From the NCBI GenBank assembly GCA_951406725.2, contig OX597817.1, positions 123,318,001 through 123,382,000 on the forward strand: a stretch of 64,000 nt of DNA, read 5' to 3'. How positions within the stretch are numbered: the first letter of the stretch is position 1; each line of letters opens with the position of its first letter. The translations under genes were made by a program, and so were the position numbers. Shown here piece after piece: positions 53,791 through 64,000 of the stretch. This stretch comes from Octopus vulgaris (lineage: Eukaryota). The notes beneath the pieces were generated by a model. That model was given only the letters and a program-made list of their open reading frames with translations. It had not been told where the DNA came from and did not search any database.

Positions 53791-54274
53791 TTTCTTTTTA
53801 ATGTGCTTGAAATAAAACTGCTGGTTGGTATATCTCATTTCGAAGTCATTTTCGCATAGTTTAATATATATATATATTTTGGCTCCATTATTTGGTAGAA
53901 TGGAGGTAACTTCGGCTGAATATTTTTCTTATCTGTCTATCATTATCGGGGAAAGGCTTATCTATCTCTGTGATTTTGATTTCAAATTCAAGCAAAGCTA
54001 AAGAGCCGGTGTTATTAGTGTGTCCCACTTTAAGTTTTATAACGTTCGTCGATATTATTAAGCATATTGTGTATTTTAACAACTTCCTCGCGAAACGATG
54101 CTCATATTCAGTTTCATCCACATATGTGGCGAAAAGAACAAAGGAATAACAGTTTTTGTGTGTTCTGCATTCTAACAGGCACACATATGTGACGGTCAGT
54201 AGACCTGAGGAGCTTGTTCGCAATATGTACATACATACATATATACATACATACATACATACATACATACATAC

Positions 54275-54319
<45 letters not shown>

Positions 54320-54903
54320 ATATGAATATGTGTGTGTGTGTGTGTGTGTGTCTGTATAAAGAAAGAAATAGAGAAGATAGATCGATCGATAGATAGATAG
54401 ATATATAGATAGACAGATATAAGCACACAGTAATTTCTGTTTAAAATGCCAGACATTGATCTTTCGTGTATTACTATTTTAAATGCATGTTGCAATATTT
54501 GTTATAACCGTTCTTTTGTATATCATAAACCGACATATTGTAACATTTCTGCCTATTAAACCACATAATATCCTAACCCGTAAGACTACTACGATGTAAA
54601 GTCAAAAAATGAACTTTTATGTGGCCGCTCAGCCAGCTAAAAATAGAAGTCAAATCTCAACCAAAACATCTTAACTACAATACATGGAATAATATCGTCC
54701 CAGATATATTCTCAGAAAAGCGGAATGGTCAAGGCTAGAATACCTTCGATTATCCTGTTCTGCTCATTTAGAACTAATCAAAAATAAAGCATCCTGAGAG
54801 CAACTATAAGACAATCAAACAGTTATCTTTAAAGAAATTTCAAAATTTAACTGGGCTTATCACAGTTAGGTAACTTGATCAAAATAACAGCAGGACAACT
54901 ATT

Positions 54904-55284
54904 GGAAGCACTCCGTCGGTTACGACGACGAGGGTTCCGGTTGATCCGATCAACGGAACAGCCTACTCGTGAAATTAACGTGTAAGTGGCTGAGCACTCC
55001 ACAGACAAGTGTACCCTTAACGTAGTTCTCGGGGATATTCAGCGTGACACAGAGAGTGACAGGGCCGGCCCTTTGAAATACAGGTACAACAGAAACAGGA
55101 AGTAAGAGTGAGAGAAAGTTGTGATGAAAGAGTACAGCAGGGATCACCACCATCCCTGCCGGAGCCTCGTGGAGCTTTAGGTGTTTTCGCTCAATAAACA
55201 CTCACAACGCCCGGTCTGGGAATCGAAACCGCGATCCTACGACCGCGAGTCCGCTGCCCTAACCACTGGGCCATTGCGCCTCCA
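54904..55284 (-). mobile_element. Young tRNA-derived SINE, type C-like, with perfect TSD
   Basis: Head ggaggcgcaatggcccagtggttagggcag...ggtttcgattccc; 13-bp TSD caggacaactatt at 54891-54903 and 55285-55297; CpGs retained. Confidence 0.93.
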
Positions 55285-56812
55285 CAGGACAACTATTATA
55301 ATACAACTAACTCCTTTCTTGGCCATGGGTCTATCATAGTTTTAGTTTGACCGGCCGTCACTCTTGTCCTTGTGAAATGATGTTTGTTGTTGTTATGGTT
55401 CTTTGTGGTTTAATCCCAAGTGAGCAAGACAATTTACTTTCGAGAATAGTGTACTCTAGGCTACATTATGAAATATGCTATTTTATAAAAGGGCAGTAAG
55501 TTGTTTGAGATTGGTTTAGCTGTTATTTTTATGAAGCTGTTTCAGCACATAGCAACTTTTTCGTTACATCAAATATCAAGAGATAGAAACAAATGCTGCA
55601 TGCTTTTAAGATCTAGAATTCTTCTTAGTAAAACACAACGCATTGTATCCACTTATAGAAATCACAAACACTCAGAAATAAAACTATGTCGTTTTGTTAA
55701 GTTATTGTTTGTGTATAATTAAAATAGAATTTCTTAAAGAAAATTAAATTATCAATACCCTTGAAAATTTTAACAAGAAAAAAGTATTCCATGCTTTGCA
55801 TTTAAATTCCAATATGAAAACATTTTCAAATTTTAATTTTCTTCTTCTTTTCATTATTTTACATTCTTTGTTTTTCTCTTTCTTAATTTTTTTTATAGAC
55901 TTGAACTTTACGTTTCCAGAAAGAAATTGTAATTTAACACTACCCTGATGATATCGAGAAGACAGAGAGAGAAAATTGAGATTTGATTTTAATAGCATTG
56001 CTCTAGAGCAAATTGTTAATGTCTGATGCGGTGGTCATTTTTGTTTAATTTGTCTAATTTGTAAGTTTAATTTGTTTTGTCAGAAAATGTCAGATAACAT
56101 CAGATGCAAACAGTACTTCACTTTACATTTTACAAACTTAAATTTATATATTTTTAAAATTTGTGTTTATTTTTCTTTTTTATTTATTTATTTATTTATT
56201 TATTTGGTTATCATCATTATTTTTACTTTTTTTTTACTTCACATTTTTCCTTCAGCTTTTAACGTTTCTTTAATTAAGAATAATGTTCCCCTTTCTGATT
56301 TTCGAATTTTGTTCAATGTTTGCTATTAACATTTTGATGCAAAGAAGCCTGAAAGAAAATTAACAGAAGAAATCTGCTATAAGATGGTTTTTGAATTACT
56401 AAAACAAATCAAATCAACTCGAAAGCTTGCCTCTTGACAGGAGGAAATTGTTTAAGCTACTGCACTTGTTGTTTTCTAGTTGTAGAGTAGTAGTTGACAT
56501 AACAGCCTAAATGAGAGCTCTGAAATCTGAAACACAAAACAAGAATACTTTAATGGAAGAAGCAGAGGTATGATTGAAGTATGTAAAATACAATTGATTG
56601 CGGACAGATACTTTTAGACCTATATTTTTGTAAGAACGCTATTTAGAAACTACTTGGATGAACAATGCTTAAATTGTCAAGCTGACATTAACTACAGAAA
56701 AGGAAATAAAAAATAATTCTTTAGTGTATTTTAAAAGAAAACATATTTGCATTATTAAATACTTGCACTGAAAATATATAACGACAGCGACAATGAAGAC
56801 GACATTGATTAC

Positions 56813-56819
56813 GTTGTTG

Positions 56820-56903
<84 letters not shown>

Positions 56904-56927
56904 ATAGTAGTAGTGGTAGTAGTAGTG

Positions 56928-56977
<50 letters not shown>

Positions 56978-56991
56978 GGTGGTGGTGGTAA

Positions 56992-57028
<37 letters not shown>
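56813..57028. repeat. Compound (TTA)n(TAG)n(TGG)n microsatellite
   Basis: Directly visible. Confidence 0.97.
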
Positions 57029-57400
57029 TCAAAAGTAGTTCATTTAGTTTCAAATGCGTAATAGCTGAAACCTAAAAATGTATTACCATAAAGAAATTTC
57101 ATTAAACCTGTTTGGAAAGAAATATTTGCAAGAAAAGAAATCGATACATATAGTTTTATTAAATTTCAATGACTAACTCATATATATATACATACGTATA
57201 AGCAATCTATTTTTACATGCATTGATACTCTCATCTTTTAATGTCCAGATACATGTAGAGAGTGAAGTGGTAAAACGTTTGGGTTACTGTATATATATAT
57301 TTGTTGCCAAAAGCGTTTTCTATGTAATTTTTCAACAAGAGTTGTATAGGTCTTTGCTATAGCATGCAAAACAGAATTTAACTAATGCCTTATAAAGATA

Positions 57401-57912
57401 CTAGCAGTATCGCCCGGCGTTGCTCGGGTTTGTAAGGGAAATAACTATATAAGCATTTTTAGAGAGTTACTTCCCTTATAGATGCCAATTCAGGCTTTCT
57501 TAGCCATTTCTGTTTTGGTGTCTTCAAGCCATGAAGTCGTTGTTCTAAAAGAACGCTGGTCTCCTTGACAACGCTTTTACGACGTTAATTTCCTTACACT
57601 CCCTTCCCCACAGCTTCACGAGGGAGGAAGAGGGGGAGAAGCAAATAGGTGCAGGTGTGACCATGGACGCCAACTCCGCCGCCATCGACACACGAAAAAT
57701 TATGCATTAAAATGGAATAAAAAATAATGTTAAATTATTTTTAAAATCGTAGACTCATCGTTGACGCGCGCTAATACTCAGACGGGCTCGATAGGAATCA
57801 CGACTATAAGATACCCGAATTTGGTTAAACTGCACCGCAAAATGTGGGAGTAGTTAGGAATCTAAATCGAAGGGGACAGACACTCACACAACTACAGTTT
57901 TATATATATAGA
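57401..57912 (-). mobile_element. Non-autonomous Helitron
   Basis: Minus strand begins TC(tatatatata) and ends with the GC hairpin cccgagcaacgccggg, then 8 nt, then CTAG; inserted between host A (57400) and T (57913). Confidence 0.85.
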
Positions 57913-59501
57913 TATACTGCTGATAAGGCAGATATTTGGCATGTAAAAACAGAAAAGAAGAGACTTGTGTGTTCGTATTGGAGCTTTTTATTTTGTAAGT
58001 GTTAGCTATGGAAGAAGTGAAGTCTTTGATGTGTATTTCATATTTTGGAACGCTATTTTTATTACAATCGGATTATACCTATTGCATATGGAGAATTGCT
58101 TATTTATAGGGTTTATGAAATTCTTGACAACATTAGAACAAATATTTAATCTATGAAGAAGATTATATCAGATCATATTTCATTTTCTATTTTAGCCTTT
58201 TTGGATATTGATATTGGGTTTTCTCATGTGTATTTTATCTGTAAATCCACTGTATTCTACTTCGTAATTGCAATAATGAAGAATATAGTTAAAGAATTTC
58301 CTGGAGAATGTATTGGTTATGTGCTAACTAACGTAATGTAGTGAAGTTTCAAAAAAACATTGGGGATTGCTGGAATTCGTTAAGTTATATTAACACACAA
58401 AACAGACAACAAAACTAGTTATGATAGAGGCGAACGTAAATAACAACGATATCTGTGATGATGGTAATGATGACGACGTCAATGGTGGTGGTGGTGGTGA
58501 TGATGATGATGAGGAGGAGGAAAGGATTAAGTAGTAAGAAAAGAAATATAGCAGTTTATCCAGCAGGGGATGCCGTCTGGATGAAAATAATACTGATTTC
58601 TTTATTGAAGAAATGATTTGTTTTAACAAAAATGATAATAGCATCCTCTCAACTGGTTACTTAGTACAGAAGATAATGCTACTGTGCTATCCAAAATCAT
58701 CAATACATCGTAAGCATCTGTAAGAGATTTGAATAGAAAACATTTACATGTATCAATACTGCTCTGTACATGTAAGAATCTGCCTATAATATATCTTTCT
58801 CGGGAAGATTGTATTCATTCTGTAAGCTACTCAGAAAAATATAATCAGATAACTAATGAGCAACATTCATTCCACATCCATTTGATTCACATACTTCTAT
58901 AAGCTGGCTTTTTCAATACCCTTACCTCACCCCTCTCTCTCTTCTCTCTCCCTTCTCTCTCTTTCTCTCTCCTTCTCTCTCTCTATATATATATATGTTT
59001 ATATAGCAATAATAAATAAATAAATATATATATATATACATGTATGTATGTATGTAATATATGTGTATGTTTGTATGTGTGTTGAGTACCTATCTATATA
59101 TCAAGCATGCACAAACATACCCGAAGACATTTCTCGCATGCTGAGAGAATAACTTGTGCTTTACATATAATATAATGAGAACTATTTTCTTGTAGAATTG
59201 ATATGTAGCTGCTCCTGTTATTTAGACACTCGTCAATAAAGACATCATTATTATTAAATATTTGAAGCAAAATTTGGACCGTGATTGTCTTTTTCAACGA
59301 CAGTGTGTTCCAGACTATATTTTCTAATGTGTTATTCTTCTCGGTTTTTATTGATTTAATTTAAGTTGGAAGGGTAGCGCTCTTAGTTCTCATAGCCTCT
59401 GATGTTGCTGAAAGTACTGGTTAGGTTTTCCTGTGACGGGAAATTAGTCCGTGCATTTAGTACAGCATGGGTACCCAGTGTAGTAATAAGCAAAGTAGAT
59501 A

Positions 59502-59879
59502 GCGTCCCCAAAGTCCATCCCCCACTCACCGTGGTGGGGACGCTGGCAACGGGTAGTGTCAGAGCTATGCCATCGGGTAATTTGGTTCCTGGTAGGGTCA
59601 CCCAAGGTGGATTGGTCTGACACCGAGTGGTATTAGGGCCACGACCAAGCAGACGGGGCTCTGGTGAAAATCCTCGGAGTGATTGTTTCGGCAACCGGCG
59701 TTTCCTCGGTCGTTCTGTCCCTGCGTCTGCGGACAATCTGCGGCAAGCAGATTGTCTCTACATGTGGGATTGTTGGGTATCGCTTGTGAAATCCACATAT
59801 TCCCACGAAACTTCTTCCATAGTAGAAGAAGCCGACTCAATCCACCCAGGGTGAATGTCACCACAAGTACAAGTAAGTA
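59502..59879 (+). mobile_element. RTE-derived short non-autonomous retroelement
   Basis: GC-rich island with RTE 5'UTR-like motifs (gagctatgcc..cctggtagggtcaccca), short aagta-repeat tail, and candidate TSD caaagtagata (59491-59501) / caaggtagata (59880-59890). Confidence 0.6.
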
Positions 59880-60183
59880 CAAGGTAGATATATCTAATCC
59901 ACTGACTAGAACTTAAAGGGTTACTCTATGTTTCAATGAAAATATGTCTGCTACGACCAGAGGACAACCGAAGCGACCTCGCAAGCGCTCTATCATATGA
60001 ATACAAGAGAGATGATATGATGTTACTGTGGTAAAATAAGCAGTCATAATTATCTTTGTTCAAGTAGATAACTATATTTAATTCTAATCTATTGTTGATC
60101 TAGTTTGGCAATTATGTGAACAGAGATTGAAACTAAAACATACCCAACAGGATATACTCATATTAGACCTGTAAAAACATATA

Positions 60184-61098
60184 GGAAGTGGTATTAAGAC
60201 GTTCTTGGACTAGTTCTGTAAAACGTCAACAGATAGCAGTACGCGATTGCGTGCACAGTGAGAGCTGGTAGTAACTTTCATGAGACCGAGTGCCGACAGA
60301 CATTGCTGTAATTAGTTCGCAAGTTGTGAAATTTGTTTTTCTTTTTGTGATCACGTGTGTGTTGTAGTCTGCGATTTTGTCATGGACAGGAACAAAGAGT
60401 CAACGTGAAATTTTGCGTTAAACTTGGAAAGTCAGCTACAGAGACATTGAGGATTCTTTGGGAAGCTTATGGCAGCAGGACAATGGGTGTACGGGATGTT
60501 TCGAATGGCACAGGCACTTCAAAAGTGGAGAAGAAATCCCTGGAAGACGATGACCGATCTGGAAGACCGGATACGAGTGTCAATCCCGGAAATGTGGTAT
60601 TGTGCATTGAAAATTCATTTTCCAGGGCCAGACCATCAATCAAGAATTCTACATCGATATTTTGAAGCACTTGATGGAAGATATTCAGCGAACGCAACTG
60701 GATTTGTGGAGCGCGAAGAACTGGATTTTTCACCAAGACAATGCACCCTGTCATCGAGCTCTCCTCACTCGTGAGTTTCTCGACAAAAACAACATCATAT
60801 CGTTTCCGCATTCACGCTATTCACCAGATTTAGCACTAGCGGACTTCTGTTTTTTTCTCCAAGATGAAAATGCAGCTGAAAGATTACTGTGTAACACTCA
60901 TGTTGAGATACAGAGCGAATAAGAGAAGGTTATCGACTCGCTTACGGAAAATGACTTCCAGGCCGGATTCCAAAAGTGACAGTAACGCTCAGACTGGTGT
61001 ATTGCCGCCGCGCAAGGGGACCGTTTCCAAGGAGATGATATTAAAATTTAAGTCAATAAGTTACTTATTATTAAACATAAACTTTTGATACCACCTCG
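60184..61098 (+). mobile_element. Internally deleted mariner transposon
   Basis: TA-flanked TIRs (taggaagtggtattaag / cttttgataccacctcgta); EQRVNVKFCVKLGKSATET HTH start; FHQDNAPCH and YSPDLALADF motifs. Confidence 0.92.
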
Positions 61099-61212
61099 TA
61101 CATGTAGTTATATTCTTTTGTATTTAATCATTGTTCATGTTTTTATAATGCTACATATGATATATTTTAGAATCCTTTGTCAGTATTTAGAAACTTGATC
61201 CTGATATGCTTC

Positions 61213-61261
<49 letters not shown>

Positions 61262-61506
61262 TATATTATATTCTTAGGATAAAAATTTAATATAATATTG
61301 ATTTGAAAATCGTTGAATTAACTGATGTCTATATGTCAATTTCTCCATGTTCTCCTTTTTCTCATATACATATATATATATATATAAATTTATAAATAAG
61401 GATAATATCGATATTTAAATATCGATATTATCAAGTGGCCAGCATGGGAAAAGTACCATACAAAGGTAATAATTTTTTTCAACTAAAAATCTCTCAGACA
61501 CTTATT

Positions 61507-61584
<78 letters not shown>

Positions 61585-61699
61585 TTCTATAAAATCCTAA
61601 CATCTCTATTAGCAAGCATTAAGGACAAATCTATTGCATTGTTTTACATTTGGCCAGACATTTATAATTAAGGATTAAATGATAAGATATAAATCAAAA

Positions 61700-62505
61700 G
61701 AAACTGGAACTATGCTTTTAACTTAGTTTCCTCGACTCCTTTTCAACTTCTGATGGTCTTATGGATATATAGTCTGTAATCCCCACTGTTCCTCACGCAC
61801 ATTTGACACTGATTTATGCATGTGACAGAAATCACTTTTTCACTATATCTATCCATCTCGTTATTTTTATCATAACAATCAGGTTTCTCCACAAAATACC
61901 CTTTTCATTTACCAGCAATCTCATAACGTAACAAAATAATTTTGATTGTTTCAAAAACAATTGTCGTTCATGATATTCTCAGTTCATCTTCAATACCTCA
62001 TTCAGAATACATGAATTTTCCTTTTATTTCTTTTGTAAATTGTCCAACTTTTGCATTTATACATCATCATTGGATTAACCATTGATCTTAACAATTTCTA
62101 CTTCGTACTTTGTGACACTCCATTATCTTTTACAATTTTCTATAGTAACGTCGTGGCAGCAGATTTAAAGGCGATTCTTCTTTTAATTTCATTCAAGCAC
62201 TCCCTACTATTTCTTCCCACCTTTGGCCTAAGAACAGTAAGCTCATTCGCTACTTCATTGATTCATCTCCAATCAGTGAACCTGATATAACCTTAGTTTT
62301 TCATGTTTAGTTTCAATATCCAGCCTTTACATTTACTTATATAATAATATTTTCCAGCATTCTTCTTTGACCCTCTCCATATTCTACTGTCAATGTTTTG
62401 TCATCTGCGTACACGAGTTTGCTACCTGCTTGTTCCGTTATTTTACTTCCTTCTATCTTAGTTAATCTTGCTTTCCTCATTACATTTTCCCTGAACATAT
62501 TTTAT
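61700..62505 (-). mobile_element. Decayed RTE-like LINE reverse transcriptase fragment
   Basis: Minus strand gives KLVYADD (~62399-62421), followed by an LKLNMKKTKV-like motif across a frameshift. Confidence 0.65.
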
Positions 62506-64000
62506 GACTCAGTTTACCAGGAAATTATAAATGCTCGAAAATATTTACACAAAATATCTGGAACCATAGATAAAACTTTGTGTCAGAGTGGAAGGAAAAA
62601 TCTTTAGCCTGGCTATTAAACGTAGAATAGACGATCTAATAGGAGCCCGTATCTCACAAAGCAATAGACTATAGCTGTAAAGTTCAAGTACACGAAATAA
62701 AAGAAATTTACTGGTTCTCATCTACTAGATTTGTTACAGAAAGATTATTACCACTTTACTCTGCTTGGAGTTCACATAGATACGACGCTGGCATTTTTGC
62801 TATTACTTTCTAAACTACATAATAATAAAAATAACTAGTTTAAAAGCAAAAATGGAAGAAACAACAATATCAAGTGTAATCAAGAGTGAATGCATATACC
62901 AGTGTGCGTATGGCTCGATATGCTTGAATCCATACTATGGTTTTATAAATATATCTTCTCAAGTATCAGTAATAGCCAGTTCCTGTGATGCCTACTGAAA
63001 TATTTTGTTGTGAGCATATAGCTACTTAAAGACACACATTCACATAACGGACACTACATGTTTTAGCGCTAGCATATATTGACCACTTTAAAGTTTACGC
63101 ATATAGACTACATAATATCTACTCTATATGTTTGTGTGTGTGTGCGTGTGTGAGTATATACACAAATATATAAAGATATATTTCTATATATATATGTACA
63201 CACACATATATACACACACATACATATATATATGTGTGTATGTATGTGTATATATATATGTATGTGTGTGTGCAATATATATATATATATATATGATAGA
63301 TAGATAGATAGATAGATAGATACACATACATACATACATACATAGATATATGTATGTGTATGCGTATACCTATGTATGTATTTATTTTTGCATGTATACG
63401 TACATACATACTTATCTATATATGTATATGCATATACATAAGTGTGAGACAAGCAAATAAATTGCATCAGAATGATAAATGTTTTGTATATTCCTAATGT
63501 CTGTCAAGAGAATTGAAGTAGTTACATACTAAAAGTATAAATAAAACTTCCTTATAGTTAGAGATAATTTAAAAGTTGTGACTTTACTTCTAAACTGCTA
63601 ATAAAAAGCAATAGGAAGAGGAAAAATAATGAACGGCAATCTAAATAAGTTTAAAAATCTAAACCAATAAGTTTAAAAAATCTAAACCAAGTTTTTTTAT
63701 CTATATAATAATAAATGGAAATAGTAAAAAAAAAAAAAGTTTTAAAAGATTAGTTTTTCGCTTTAAAATATTTTATTAGAATTTTCCAAACTTTTGTTGT
63801 TGTTTTTCTTTTTTTCATAAAAGAATGTTTATTGCTAATCTCTGTTACTTTCTATGAAAACCAAATACGCCAAGACTATGATAAATTATTTAAAAAAAAA
63901 CAAAACAATACAACAAGATGACAGAATCAACTCTTGCAAACAGTCACTTCGACAAAATAAGTACCCGCCATAAACTATGTCCTACGACGTAATATACTAT

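Noticed and set aside
59383-59916. Cluster of overlapping ORFs on both strands
   Set aside because: A by-product of a GC-rich non-coding retroelement island; no protein motif.

Overview
AT-rich, microsatellite-dense animal intronic/intergenic DNA. From memory, the SINE/LINE repertoire resembles an octopus (coleoid cephalopod) genome; this is an inference and was not searched. No intact protein-coding gene can be supported: nearly all listed ORFs are microsatellite artefacts or decayed transposon fragments. The window holds tRNA-derived SINEs of at least three types, decayed mariner and Tc1 transposons, R4/Dong-like, RTE-like and CR1-like LINE fragments, two hAT-type MITEs, a non-autonomous Helitron and a Helentron-like element. 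The main observation is a dispersed set of short, sequence-divergent elements carrying type I hammerhead ribozyme (HHR) motifs with the tiny palindromic stem III typical of Penelope-like elements and retrozymes. Three cores are intact (8766-8853 -, 9097-9183 +, 29729-29809 -) and several are degenerate. Most sit in or beside (TA)n microsatellites. Two loci form head-to-head foldbacks, one a near-perfect ~490-bp palindrome with an HHR on each strand. Four elements share a short 3'-terminal motif, three of them with an adjacent hairpin.
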